A DNA stretch of 32,000 nt from Phycisphaera mikurensis NBRC 102666 (GCF_000284115.1 NC_017080.1:1830001-1862000); one strand, 5' to 3'. Shown: positions 1 to 8,885, counted from the stretch's first letter. Numbers and translations: made by a program. The notes: generated by a model not told the origin, from the sequence alone.

Positions 1-794
1 GGCCAGAGGTCGTGGTCGCCGATGGCGGTGCGGTTCTGGAACGGCTCGTACGCGGCCAGCCAGCCGCCGAACCGCGGAGGGGGCCCGCCCGCCGAGCCCT
101 CGGCGGATCCGTGCTCGCGGAGGTGCGCCGCGAGTTCGCCCCGCTCGATGGCGATGCACAGCGCTTCGAAATCCTCCGGCCCGTGGGCGGCGGCCATCTC
201 CGCGCCCAGCATCGCGGCCATCACCTCCCCGGCGAAGCCGCGGTAGCGGGCCCTGAATCCGTCCTCCTCCTCAGGCCGCAGCGCCGAGAGCCGGTCGGCG
301 ATGGCGGCGGCGGCCTTCACGCCCTCCACCGGGTCGGCGAGGAAGTGCGGGTTGTCCTCGGGGTGGAAGGAGCCGGGCACCCCGCGGCCCTCTGGCCCGG
401 CGACGGTGCGCAGGTTCGAGGAAAGGTCCAGCCGCCGCTGCCCCTCGCCGACGAAGTCGGCCCGGCCGGCCGTGGCGAGCATCCCCGGCAGCCACGCCTG
501 CTCGAGCCCGAGGCCGACGACGACCAGGAGGTCCGCCCGGGCCAGCGCCTCGATCATCGAGCGGGTCGGCTCGACCACGTGCGGGTCGTCGGGGCCGGCC
601 ACGAAGCCGGTGACCTCCACCGCGTCGCCGCCCACCACCTCCACGAGAGCGCGGGCGTCGGTGGCCGTCGCGCACACCCGCAGCGGCTCAGCGCGCGCGC
701 GGGTCTCGGCGGTGACGAGCCCGACGAGCAGGGCGAGAAGCGTCGCTCGGAGGCGAGAGGAGGAGATGGAGCGTGAAGTCTGGGTTTCGGGCAT
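1..794 (-). CDS. Metal (Zn/Mn-type) ABC transporter substrate-binding protein, ZnuA/TroA family. N-terminal ~264 aa only; the C-terminus lies beyond the left edge.
   Basis: Not in the ORF track because there is no stop in the window. My own translation of the minus strand from ATG 794-792 gives MPETQTSRSISSSRLRATLLALLVGLVTAE (signal-like) ... DPHVVEPTRSMIEALARADLLVVVGLGLEQAWL ... FHPEDNPHFLADP. This matches the H-x-x-EPT...L..ADL and NPH-x-x-x-DP metal-site motifs of this binding-protein family. The listed + ORF 12..776 is its antisense shadow. Confidence 0.75.
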   Translation of the reverse strand, partial: MPETQTSRSISSSRLRATLLALLVGLVTAETRARAEPLRVCATATDARALVEVVGGDAVEVTGFVAGPDDPHVVEPTRSMIEALARADLLVVVGLGLEQAWLPGMLATAGRADFVGEGQRRLDLSSNLRTVAGPEGRGVPGSFHPEDNPHFLADPVEGVKAAAAIADRLSALRPEEEDGFRARYRGFAGEVMAAMLGAEMAAAHGPEDFEALCIAIERGELAAHLREHGSAEGSAGGPPPRFGGWLAAYEPFQNRTAIGDHDLW

Positions 795-853
795 GGTCGA
801 GCGGGCTCGCGGGTGGAACGGAGTCGGTGTCGTCTGAGGCATCACCGGGGCGG

Positions 854-2176
854 TCAGCCGCCCGGGGCGGAGGCACCGCGGAGCGGGGCGTCCGCGGACG
901 GAGCACGTGCCGCCGCCACCGGCTCCGCCGGCTGGCTTTCGGCGCCGGCGGGCTCCGCGGGGCCATCGTCGAGCCCGGCCGGCTGGTCCCAATCCGGCAG
1001 CGGGTCCGGGAAGCGCATCCAGGCCTCGGGCCCGCCGGCGTGCTCGGCATCGGTGAGCAGGCAGCCGTCGAGCGCGTCGCGGATCGCCCGCTCGTCCATG
1101 CCCACGCCGATGAAGACCAGCTCCTGCCGGCAGTCCCCGCCGATCTCGTCGTCCCACCGCTGGGCGACCCAAGCGAGCAGCTCGGGGTCGTCCGGCCACT
1201 GCTCCCGCGGGATGGAGGCGAACCAGTACCCGGCTCTCTCGATGCCGAAGGTCCGGCCCGCGGTGTGCCAGGCGGTGCAGTACTGCGGCCGCGTCGCCAG
1301 CCAGGCGTAGCCCTTGCTACGGATCACGTCCCGCATGACCCCGCCGCCCGCCGCCGCGAGGAGGCGCTCCGGGTGAAACGGGCGGCGAGCCCGGTACACG
1401 AAGCTGGAGATCCCGTACTCCTCAGTCTCGGGCACGTGGTGGCCGTTGAGCTCCTGGAGCCAGCCGGGCATCTCGCTGGCCGCCTCCTCGTCGTAGAGCC
1501 CCGTGCCGAGCAGCGCGCCCGGAGCGACCCGGCCGCGGTCGGCGTGGAGGATCCGCGCGGTGGGGTTGAGCTTCCGGAGCACCCCGTCGAGGCAGCCGAG
1601 CACCTCCTCGGTCGCGTCGGACGCCTTGTTGACGACGATCACGTTGGCGAACTCCACCTGGTCGGTCAGCAGGTGGACCAGCGTCCGCTGGTCGTCCTGC
1701 CCGAGCGATTGCTCCCGGTCGCGGAGGCCGTCGAGGCTGTCGTAGTCCTCGAAGAAGTTCAGCGCGTCCACGACGGTGACCATCGTGTCCAGCTCGGCGA
1801 CGTCGGCGAGGCTGCGTCCGTCCTCGTCGCGGAAGCTGAAGGTCGCCGCCACGGGCATCGGCTCGCTGATGCCGGTGCTCTCGATGAGCAGGTGGTCGAA
1901 GCGACCGCTGCGGGCGAGCTGGTCGACTTCCACGATGAGGTCCTCCCGCAGCGTGCAGCAGATGCAGCCATTGGAGAGCTCCACCATCTTCTCCTCGGTC
2001 CGCGACAGCTCGGCGCCGCCGTCGCGGATCAGACCCTCGTCGATGTTGACCTCCGACATGTCGTTGACGATCACCGCCACGCGTAGGCCCTCGCGGTTGC
2101 AGAGGACGTGGTTGAGCAGGGTCGTCTTGCCGGCGCCGAGGTAGCCGGAGAGCACGGTCACGGGGAGTTTCTTCAT
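854..2176 (-). CDS. COG0523 (CobW/YjiA/ZigA-type) GTPase metallochaperone
   Basis: This is the C-terminal 440 aa of ORF 854..4903(-), starting at [25 protein letters not shown] (P-loop). It has the GCICCTL CxCC metal motif, ESTGISEP switch and NKASD G4 motif. ATG is at 2176-2174. It sits directly upstream of the ZnuA-like gene on the same strand. Confidence 0.9.
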   Translation of the reverse strand: MKKLPVTVLSGYLGAGKTTLLNHVLCNREGLRVAVIVNDMSEVNIDEGLIRDGGAELSRTEEKMVELSNGCICCTLREDLIVEVDQLARSGRFDHLLIESTGISEPMPVAATFSFRDEDGRSLADVAELDTMVTVVDALNFFEDYDSLDGLRDREQSLGQDDQRTLVHLLTDQVEFANVIVVNKASDATEEVLGCLDGVLRKLNPTARILHADRGRVAPGALLGTGLYDEEAASEMPGWLQELNGHHVPETEEYGISSFVYRARRPFHPERLLAAAGGGVMRDVIRSKGYAWLATRPQYCTAWHTAGRTFGIERAGYWFASIPREQWPDDPELLAWVAQRWDDEIGGDCRQELVFIGVGMDERAIRDALDGCLLTDAEHAGGPEAWMRFPDPLPDWDQPAGLDDGPAEPAGAESQPAEPVAAARAPSADAPLRGASAPGG

Positions 2177-2506
2177 GGTCAGGGAGGAGGGGAATCGCGA
2201 CGCCGACGAGGCGGCGACGAGACGACACCGGCGGAGGATGAACCCCGGACGCGAGCCGACGGAGAACCGGGCGGCCTGACGATAACCGATTCTCGATTGA
2301 TCGCGTTCCCTCGCTGCGGGGCCGCTCCCGCGGGTGGACTCTTCGGAGGCGAGGGCCGCCCAGCCGGCGGTCACCGTTGGGACGCCGAAGCGGAGTCGGT
2401 AGAGTCCGTCGCCTCCGGGCGGCCGAACCCGGACCGCCCGGTCCTGGTAGTAGGGTGCCCCGCCGCGGTGGATCAGGCGGGAGACCCAACCGGAACAGCC
2501 CGCTTC

Positions 2507-4669
2507 ATGTCCAACGACGTCCCTCAGGAACTCTCGTACCGACGCGCCACCAACGCCGCGTGGGTCGGCCTCGCCACCTCGCTGGCCCTCTGGTTGCTCG
2601 CCGCCGCCGTGTCGGTCTGGACCGGTTCGCAGGCGCTCAACGCGGCCGCGTGGCACCTGCTCGGCGGGGCCCTGGTCTGGGGGAGCGTGTGGCTGATCTA
2701 CCAGCAGCACCGCCTCGAGCGGGCCGAAGCCCTCGAAGCCGAGGAGCTGTCCGCCGACACCGAAACGGCCTCGATGTTCGCCGAGGGCGGCCAGTCGCTG
2801 GAGCTGGCGAAGCGGCGGCTCGAGACGCTCTACCGGGTGGGCATCAACGTCGTCTCCTTGACGCTGGCGGCCTTCCTGCTCGTCGCCGGCGGGATGCTGC
2901 TCTACGGGGCCGTCCGCTCGATCCGCCGGGTCCCCGGCGAAGACGCCGACTTCACCGGCCTGCTGGAGCTGAGCCTGGCCAATCCCGCGGCGGGCGGCCT
3001 GCCGGTCCTGCTGGTCGCCGCCGCGATGGCGCTGGTCGGGTTCCTCATCGCCCGTTACACGGCCGGCATGACGCGGGCGCCGATCTGGAGCCTGCTCCGC
3101 GGCGGCGCGGCCTACCTCATGGGCAACGTCGTCGTGCTCGTGGGCATCGCGATCGCGGCGGCGATCGAGCTCACGGGGAACCGCTGGGGCTACGCGGTGA
3201 TGACGCTGGCGGTGCCGGCGGTGATGATCGTGCTCGGCCTGGAGGTGCTGTTCTCGCTGCTCCTGAGCGTCTACCGGCCCCAGTCGGCCCGGACGGCGGC
3301 GAGCGGTGAGGTCGCGGACGGCGTGCCCGCGACGCCGCACCCCGGCGAGCGTTCGCGGGCGGCCTTCGATTCGCGGCTGCTCGGCTGGCTCACGCGGCCC
3401 GAGTCGCTGGGGCGAATCGTCGCCGAGACGCTGGATTACCAGTTCGGCTTCGACGTCAGCCGCTCGGGTGTGTACACGATGGCCCGCAAGGCGTTGCTGC
3501 CGCTGCTGGGGCTGGCGGCGGTGATCATGCTCACGCTCTCGAGCGTGGTGATCGTCCCGCCGCAGCAGCAGGCGGTGGTGACGCAGCTGGGCAAGCTGCC
3601 CGAGGACGCCATCCGCGATCCCGGCATCTCCTTCAAGGCGCCCTGGCCGCTGGCCTCCGCCGAACGCTACGACACCAGCGAGATCCGCAGCTTCTCGGTG
3701 GGCTCCATCGCCGAAGGCAAGCGGACCGGGCAGGCGCTGCTGTGGACGAACACCCACGTCGAGGGCGGGGAGCGGTACCTCGTGAGTGCGGCGGCCCGCG
3801 GCGCGGCGAGCCGCTCGCAGCGCGAGTCCCGCGACGCCGCGGACGCGTCGGGCGGTGCCGAAGACCGCCGCGCGGTGGCGGCGGGCCTGGTCGGCGGCGA
3901 GCTGGTGATCCACTGGCGGATCCGCGACCTCGCGGCCTACCTCGACCCCGCTTCCCCGCGGCGCCCTCAGCGCCTCCTGGAGATGATCGCCGACGAGGAG
4001 CTGACCGCCTACGTCGCCGCCCGGGACATCGACACGCTCCTCACCACCGCGCGGCTCGACCGCGACAACACGCTCCGGGAGGCGATCCAGCAGCGGGTGG
4101 ACGGCATCGGCATCGAGATCGTCTACGCCGGGCTCTTCGGCGTTCACCCGCCGCAGGACGGCGACGTGGCGCAGGCCTTCCTCCGCGTGGTGACGGCGCT
4201 GCTGACCCAGCGGACCGCGGTCACCGAGGCCGAGACCAACCGCGTGGGCCTGCTCTCGGCCGTGGCGGGCAGCGTGGAGCAGGCCCGGCGGATCGACCGC
4301 GCGATCACCGAGCTCGAGGCCTCCGAGCCCGGCCCCGAGGAGCGGGACGCCGCCGTGGCCAACGTCCAGCGGCTGATCGACGGCGCCGGAGGCGACGCCG
4401 CCCGCGTGCTCGCCGAGGCGCGGGCCGAGCGTTGGCGGCTGGCCCTCTCCGAGGAGGGTCTGTCCAGCAGCTTCGCGTTCGACGTCAGCGCTTTCCGGCG
4501 GGCCCCGGCCTACTACCGCGCCCGCCGCTACCTCGACACCCTCGCCGCCGCGATGCCGGGCGTCCGCAAGATCGTCACGGCGATCCAGCCCGCCGGCGAC
4601 GAGCCGGTCTTCCGGCTGAATCTGGAGGACGAGCAGTCGGGGTTGGATTCGTTCTTGGGGGGGGAGTGA
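2507..4669 (+). CDS. Polytopic membrane protein (about 7 predicted TM helices) fused to a C-terminal SPFH/band-7 (HflK/HflC-like) domain, 720 aa
   Basis: ORF 2108..4669(+). The plausible start is ATG 2507 ([11 protein letters not shown]), since upstream residues look non-coding. Hydrophobic helices span the first ~330 aa. A further TM ([22 protein letters not shown]) is followed by the SPFH entry motif [11 protein letters not shown]...[11 protein letters not shown] and a coiled-coil-like Ala/Glu/Arg-rich tail. Confidence 0.8.
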   Translation: MSNDVPQELSYRRATNAAWVGLATSLALWLLAAAVSVWTGSQALNAAAWHLLGGALVWGSVWLIYQQHRLERAEALEAEELSADTETASMFAEGGQSLELAKRRLETLYRVGINVVSLTLAAFLLVAGGMLLYGAVRSIRRVPGEDADFTGLLELSLANPAAGGLPVLLVAAAMALVGFLIARYTAGMTRAPIWSLLRGGAAYLMGNVVVLVGIAIAAAIELTGNRWGYAVMTLAVPAVMIVLGLEVLFSLLLSVYRPQSARTAASGEVADGVPATPHPGERSRAAFDSRLLGWLTRPESLGRIVAETLDYQFGFDVSRSGVYTMARKALLPLLGLAAVIMLTLSSVVIVPPQQQAVVTQLGKLPEDAIRDPGISFKAPWPLASAERYDTSEIRSFSVGSIAEGKRTGQALLWTNTHVEGGERYLVSAAARGAASRSQRESRDAADASGGAEDRRAVAAGLVGGELVIHWRIRDLAAYLDPASPRRPQRLLEMIADEELTAYVAARDIDTLLTTARLDRDNTLREAIQQRVDGIGIEIVYAGLFGVHPPQDGDVAQAFLRVVTALLTQRTAVTEAETNRVGLLSAVAGSVEQARRIDRAITELEASEPGPEERDAAVANVQRLIDGAGGDAARVLAEARAERWRLALSEEGLSSSFAFDVSAFRRAPAYYRARRYLDTLAAAMPGVRKIVTAIQPAGDEPVFRLNLEDEQSGLDSFLGGE

Positions 4670-4704
4670 GGTTGCGCGTCCGACGCCTGATCTTGCCACG
4701 GACT

Positions 4705-4814
4705 GAGCGAAGAAGCGAGGAAGCGGGGAAGCGAAGAAGTCAGCATGTCCTGACGAACGCTCCCTTCTCTCCTGCCTGACTTCTTCGCTTTCTCTCTTCT
4801 TCGCTTCCTTGCTT
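4705..4814 (+). repeat. Intercistronic GA-rich/TC-rich inverted repeat (IR-A) between the SPFH fusion gene and the HflC-like gene
   Basis: A perfect 15-bp stem, AAGCGAAGAAGTCAG (4729-4743) / CTGACTTCTTCGCTT (4776-4790), encloses a 32-nt loop. The outer 24 positions (4705-4728 vs 4791-4814) pair with only 2 mismatches if G-T (G-U) pairs are allowed. Confidence 0.8.
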
Positions 4815-4877
4815 GCCGCTTCTCCCCGACACGCCCCGCCCCCCGCAGCCCCCGCCAAGCCTCCAACCCCTCCCGAA

Positions 4878-5777
4878 ATGCGCAACAAGGCAACCTTCTT
4901 CACCGGCCTCGTCGTTTTCCTGGCGTTGCTCTGCTACACGGTCAGCTACACCGTTCGCTACGACGAGACGGCGGTGGTGACCTTCCTGGAGAAGGCCGGG
5001 CCGGACGCGCTCAAGGAGCCGGGCTTCGGGCTCAAGGCGCCCTGGCCGCTGTCGAAGGTCTACACCTACCCGCGCAAGGTGCAGGTGCTCGAGGACGTGC
5101 AGCAGCAGATCCAGACCAGCGACGGCAAATCGGTGATCGTGGGGCTGTACGTCGCCTGGACGATCGACCAGCCGCTGACCTTCTTCCGCACGGTCAAGAC
5201 GATCGATCAAGCCACCGAGCGGCTGCAGGCCCTCACCGGTGAGCTCCCGGCGGTCATCACCCAGTACCGCTTCGACCAGCTGGTGAATCCGGATCCCTCT
5301 CAGATCAAGCTCGACGAGATCGAGGAGCGGGCCCGCGAGGTGCTCGCCGAGCGGGCGACCAACTACGGCGTGGCCGTGGCCGATGTCGGTGTCCGGGAGC
5401 TGGAGCTCCCCGAGGCGGTCACCCAGAACGTCTTCGCGGCCATGCGGTCGACGCGGGAGTCGCTCGCGGCCAACGCCGAGCAGGAGGGCCAGGCCCGCGC
5501 CAACCAGATCCAGACCGAGGCGACCAGCGTCGGCGATCGCATCCTCGCCTTCGCCGAGCGTGAGGCGACCGCCATCCGGGCCGAGGGCCAGCGGGACGCG
5601 GTGGAGCAGTTCGACGTCTTCGCCGAGGAGCCCGAGCTGGCGATCTTCCTCCGCCAGATGCAGATGCTCCGCGAGGTCCTGCCCTACCGCACCACCTTCA
5701 TCCTCGACGCGAACGAGCTCGAGGCGCTCTCGCCCCTGCGGGCGGAGCAGGCCGACGGGGAGGGGGGGCAGCAATGA
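4878..5777 (+). CDS. SPFH/band-7 protein, HflC-like
   Basis: ORF 4809..5777(+). The likely start is ATG 4878 ([20 protein letters not shown], a single TM). Motifs: [14 protein letters not shown]...[10 protein letters not shown], and [15 protein letters not shown]...AMRSTRE typical of HflC/prohibitin-type domains. Its stop overlaps the next start (ATGA). Confidence 0.85.
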   Translation: MRNKATFFTGLVVFLALLCYTVSYTVRYDETAVVTFLEKAGPDALKEPGFGLKAPWPLSKVYTYPRKVQVLEDVQQQIQTSDGKSVIVGLYVAWTIDQPLTFFRTVKTIDQATERLQALTGELPAVITQYRFDQLVNPDPSQIKLDEIEERAREVLAERATNYGVAVADVGVRELELPEAVTQNVFAAMRSTRESLAANAEQEGQARANQIQTEATSVGDRILAFAEREATAIRAEGQRDAVEQFDVFAEEPELAIFLRQMQMLREVLPYRTTFILDANELEALSPLRAEQADGEGGQQ

Positions 5778-7201
5778 GCGAGCACGATCCCCACGCAGAG
5801 GGCACCCCGCCGCCGGTCGACGGGAGCCCGCCCGCGGGCGACCCGCCGGCCGCGCCCGACGCGCCGCCGTCGGAGGCGGCGCCGATCGCGATCCGGGCGC
5901 CCGAGGCTCCCGACGGCGGCGTCGACCCCGGCCAGCAGTCCCTCGCCGATGCGCTGAAGGTCAGCTTTGCGCTGCTGAAGGTGGTGATGATCGGCCTGGT
6001 CGTCCTCTACGCGCTCTCGGGGATCTACCGCGTGGAGTCGCAGGAGCAGGCGGTCGAGCTGTTCATGGGCCGCATCGTCGGCGAGGGCGAAGAGCGGGTG
6101 AAGGACGAGGGATTCCATCTCGCCTGGCCCTTCCCGCTGGGCGCCGTCATCAAGGTGCCGACCTCGACGCAGACGGTGAACCTGAACCAGGCCTTCCTCT
6201 TTGAGATCCGCGATCAGGACCGGGGGCGCACCTACGACGAGCTCGCCGCCGGAGGCGCGCGCGGCCCGCTCAACCCCGAGCGAGACGGCTCGCTGATCAC
6301 CGCCGACAACAACCTCGTGCACGGCGTCTTCCGGGCCAGCTACGCGATCACCGACGCCGGCGACTACATCACCAACGTCGGCGACGCCGCGAACCCCCGG
6401 GACCGTCAGCGGCTGGCCGACCTGCTCGAGAGCGTGCTGCGGTCGTCGATCATCCGGGCCGTGGCCGCCACGCCCAGCGACGACTTCATCGGCGGCCGGG
6501 CCAACCAGGACGTCGCCCGCCGCGACGCCCAGGCCACGCTGGACAAGCTGGGCACCGGCATCACGCTCAACGAGCTGACGCTGGAGCGGCCGACGATGCC
6601 GCTGCCGGTCCGCGACGCGTACAACCTCGTCGCCCAGGCGGAGAATCGCCGGAATGAGGCGGTCAACACCGCCGAGACCCGCCGCCGCGAGCTGCTGGGC
6701 CGGGCCGGCGGGGCGGCGGCACTGCCCGCACCCGGCGGCGGCGACGGCCCGCTGGTGCGCCTCGTCAAGGAGTACGAGCTGGCCAGCGCCGCCAACGATC
6801 AGCAAGAGAAGCGGCGGCTGGGCGAGGCGCTGTCCAGCGCGTTCCGCGAGCTTCGGATCGACGGCGGCGAGCGGGGTCCGCTGAATCTCTCCGGTGAGGC
6901 CGCCGGCCGCATCAACCGGGCCAAGACCGAACGAACCGCCGCCGTGCAGGAGATCACCGCCGAGGCCGAGCAGTTCGCCAAGCTGCTGCCGCGCTGGCGG
7001 GCCAACCCCGAGCTGTTCAAGCAGCTCACCTGGGCCCGCACGCGCGCGGACATCTTCTCCGACGGCAGCGACATCGAGACCTTCCTCGCCCCCGAGGGCC
7101 AGCTCTACCTCGAGCTCAACCGCGACCCCGACATCCAGCGCCAGCGCGAACGCGACCGCATCGCCACCGAACGCGCCGAGCGCGAGGGGAGACCGGGGTG
7201 A
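5774..7201 (+). CDS. SPFH/band-7 protein, HflK-like, with Pro-rich N-terminus and long C-terminal helical extension
   Basis: ORF 5774..7201(+). It has a Pro/Ala-rich N-terminus, a TM (FALLKVVMIGLVVLYALSGIY), the SPFH entry RVESQEQAVELFMGR...GFHLAWPFPLG, then ITLNELTLERPTMPLPVRDAYNLVAQAENRR. The 4-nt ATGA overlap with the HflC-like gene suggests translational coupling. Confidence 0.85.
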   Translation: MSEHDPHAEGTPPPVDGSPPAGDPPAAPDAPPSEAAPIAIRAPEAPDGGVDPGQQSLADALKVSFALLKVVMIGLVVLYALSGIYRVESQEQAVELFMGRIVGEGEERVKDEGFHLAWPFPLGAVIKVPTSTQTVNLNQAFLFEIRDQDRGRTYDELAAGGARGPLNPERDGSLITADNNLVHGVFRASYAITDAGDYITNVGDAANPRDRQRLADLLESVLRSSIIRAVAATPSDDFIGGRANQDVARRDAQATLDKLGTGITLNELTLERPTMPLPVRDAYNLVAQAENRRNEAVNTAETRRRELLGRAGGAAALPAPGGGDGPLVRLVKEYELASAANDQQEKRRLGEALSSAFRELRIDGGERGPLNLSGEAAGRINRAKTERTAAVQEITAEAEQFAKLLPRWRANPELFKQLTWARTRADIFSDGSDIETFLAPEGQLYLELNRDPDIQRQRERDRIATERAEREGRPG

Positions 7202-7206
7202 GCAGG

Positions 7207-7391
7207 GCAAGAGACGAAGAGACGAAGAGACGAAGAGACGAAGACGGGCAGGCCGAGGCAGATTGTCTCCCGCCCTTCTGTCTTCGTCTCTGGACTTGGG
7301 TCTCTGACGCCGCACCCGCGTCGAGGAGCGGCTGTCGGCGCTTGGCCCGTGGTGGACGCCCGCCGCGTCTCTTCGTCTCTTCGTCTCTTGC
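7207..7391 (+). repeat. Intercistronic inverted repeat (IR-B) built from a (GAGACGAA)x4 tandem octamer and its complement
   Basis: GCAAGAGACGAAGAGACGAAGAGACG (7207-7232) is the exact reverse complement of CGTCTCTTCGTCTCTTCGTCTCTTGC (7366-7391). The octamer repeats run from 7211 to 7242. An inner complementary copy GTCTTCGTCTC (7280-7290) can pair with 7235-7245. Confidence 0.9.
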
Positions 7392-7448
7392 TCCTCGTCG
7401 GCCAAGGCCCGCTGCTTTCCCCCGAACCCGTCCGGAGACCCGGAGGCA

Positions 7449-8627
7449 ATGATGTCGAACCCCGCCCCCCCCCACATCGTCTGCCAGAAGCTGTCCAAGA
7501 CGTTCAAAGACTTCTGGATGCGGGACCGCGTCAAGGCGGTGGACGCGGTGGACCTGGAGGTCCGGCCCGGCGAGGTCTTCGGGCTGCTCGGGCCCAACGG
7601 CTCGGGCAAGTCGACCACCATCAAGATGATCCTCGGCCTGCTGCACCCGAGCTCCGGCCGGGTCCAGGTGCTCGGCCGCAGCCCGCGCGACACCGAGGCG
7701 AAGGAGCAGCTGGGCTACCTGCCCGAGGAGAGCTACCTCTACCGCTTCCTCTCCGCGCGGGAGACGCTGGAGTACTACGGCAAGCTGTTCGGGATCGACC
7801 GCCGCACGCGGCTCAACCGCATCGACATGCTGCTGGAGATGGTCGGCCTGGACAAGGTCCAGCGGCGGCCGATCGGCGAGTACTCCAAGGGCATGCAGCG
7901 GCGCATCGGTCTGGCCCAGGCGCTCATCAACGACCCCAAGCTGCTCGTCCTCGACGAGCCGACCACGGGCATGGACCCGATCGGCACGCGGCAGATCAAG
8001 GACCTCATCCTGCGGCTCAAGGAGAGCGGCAAGACGGTGCTGCTGTGCAGCCACCTGCTCGGCGACGTGGAGGACGTGACCGACCGCTGCGCCATCATGT
8101 TCGGCGGCCGGGTGCGGAAGGCCGGCACGATCGACGAGCTGCTCGCCCGCCAGGACGAGACGCAGATCGTGACCCACGCGTTGTCTTCGGAGGAAGAGGA
8201 GCAGGCCGTCACCGCGCTGGAGTCCCGCGGCCTCACCGACGTCTCGATCCGGCGCGGCCGCCAGAAGCTCGAGACGCTCTTCCTGGACATGGTCACCCAG
8301 GCCCAGGCCGAGGGCGTCGCCACCGCCGGCGCCGGCAACGCGGGCACCGTCGCCACCTTCCTCACCGAACGCCACGCCGACGCCGCGGACGCCAAGCCCG
8401 GCTCCTCCGCCACCGTCCTCGACGACCTCGTCCAGGACGAGCCCGAGGAGCCGGCCAAGCGGGAAGTCGTCGTCGAAGAGGTCAAGCCCCAGCCCGATGC
8501 CGCCGTCCTCTCCAACCTCGCCGAAGACAACCCGCGGACCGAGCCCGAAAAAGCCCCCGAACCTCCACGGTCCGCGGATCCCCCCAAGAAGCCCGCCGAC
8601 CGCTCCGTCCTCGACGATCTGCTTTGA
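7449..8627 (+). CDS. ABC transporter ATP-binding protein with ~110-aa acidic/Pro-rich C-terminal tail
   Basis: Walker A GPNGSGKST, Q-loop, signature-like YSKGMQRRIGLAQAL, Walker B LLVLDEPTTGMD and H-loop CSHLL. GGAGG lies 4-7 nt upstream of the ATGATG start. Confidence 0.93.
   Translation: MMSNPAPPHIVCQKLSKTFKDFWMRDRVKAVDAVDLEVRPGEVFGLLGPNGSGKSTTIKMILGLLHPSSGRVQVLGRSPRDTEAKEQLGYLPEESYLYRFLSARETLEYYGKLFGIDRRTRLNRIDMLLEMVGLDKVQRRPIGEYSKGMQRRIGLAQALINDPKLLVLDEPTTGMDPIGTRQIKDLILRLKESGKTVLLCSHLLGDVEDVTDRCAIMFGGRVRKAGTIDELLARQDETQIVTHALSSEEEEQAVTALESRGLTDVSIRRGRQKLETLFLDMVTQAQAEGVATAGAGNAGTVATFLTERHADAADAKPGSSATVLDDLVQDEPEEPAKREVVVEEVKPQPDAAVLSNLAEDNPRTEPEKAPEPPRSADPPKKPADRSVLDDLL
8532..8577. repeat. 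Copy E1 of the 46-nt element CCGCGGACCG-N26-CGGTCCGCGG, inside the 3' end of the ABC ATPase CDS
   Basis: Arms at 8532-8541 and 8568-8577 are perfect. The loop is exactly 26 nt. Confidence 0.85.
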
Positions 8628-8656
8628 AGATTGGAAGCGGTACGAGCAGCGCTTCG

Positions 8657-8885
8657 CTGAACCACAGAGAGGGAAGAGATCGAGGAGGACACGGAGACAG
8701 AGGAAGACGGGAGCGAAGGCAACTCGCACAGCGTCGACGATCCGGGGCTGCTGGCTCTCTCGACTCCGATTGTCCGGGCCCCCGGAGTCGACAGAGACGC
8801 TTGACGATCCTGAAGGTCCCTCGTTCGCGTTCCGTTCAACATCTTCTCTGTGTGCTCTCCCCCTCTGTTCTCTCTTGGTGGTTGA
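8657..8885 (+). repeat. Intercistronic imperfect GA-rich/TC-rich inverted repeat (IR-C) between the ABC ATPase and permease genes
   Basis: A GA-rich arm (~8657-8719, aaccacagagagggaagagatcgaggagg...) faces a TC-rich arm (~8818-8885, ...ctctccccctctgttctctcttggtggtt), roughly 70% complementary by eye. A central hairpin CTCTCGACTCCG (8757-8768) / CGGAGTCGAcAGAG (8783-8796) lies between them. Confidence 0.6.

Noticed and set aside
12-776. Plus-strand ORF of 254 aa at the left edge
   Set aside because: Its translation has the typical antisense-shadow composition (LERLVRG..., HRVGEEVRVVLGVEG). The opposite strand encodes a clear ZnuA/TroA-type protein in the corresponding frame.
2281-2305. Only AT-richer patch (gataaccgattctcgattgatcgcg) in the divergent spacer upstream of the COG0523/ZnuA-like operon, considered as a Zur box
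   Set aside because: Only the outer CGAT/ATCG ends are palindromic, and it does not resemble the Zur operators I know. It may still be a regulator site, but the sequence alone does not support a call.
2472-2494. B12-box-like string (atCAGGCGGGAGACCcaaCCgg), preceded by GGTCCTGGTAGTAGGG, upstream of the SPFH fusion gene and next to a CobW-family gene
   Set aside because: By my alignment only about 11 of 17 B12-box positions match. The core cobalamin-riboswitch signatures (GGGAA...GGTG.AA.TCC, GCCACTG) are absent. The downstream gene is not cobalamin-related, and the CobW-like gene is on the other strand and looks zinc-type. An Rfam scan would settle it.
2177-4903. Upstream 900 aa of the 1349-aa minus ORF 854..4903. 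Other very long ORFs of the same kind: 5684..7693(-), 7116..10148(-), 10643..12496(-), 11059..13131(+ part), 12844..15321(-), 14499..16469(-), 18644..23374(-), 19006..23736(+), 25572..28301(- part), 25577..28438(+), 28280..31063(-), 28591..30762(+).
   Set aside because: These are Arg/Gly/Pro/Ala-dominated translations with no recognisable motifs, lying antisense or out of frame to well-supported genes. Stop codons are rare in all frames at this GC content, so ORF length alone is not evidence.
7211-7391. Multiple GAGACG/CGTCTC (type IIS enzyme recognition-like) sites in IR-B, considered as a sign of engineered sequence
   Set aside because: The sites are a trivial consequence of the octamer repeat. 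The flanking sequence is contiguous native-looking coding DNA and there are no vector-like features.
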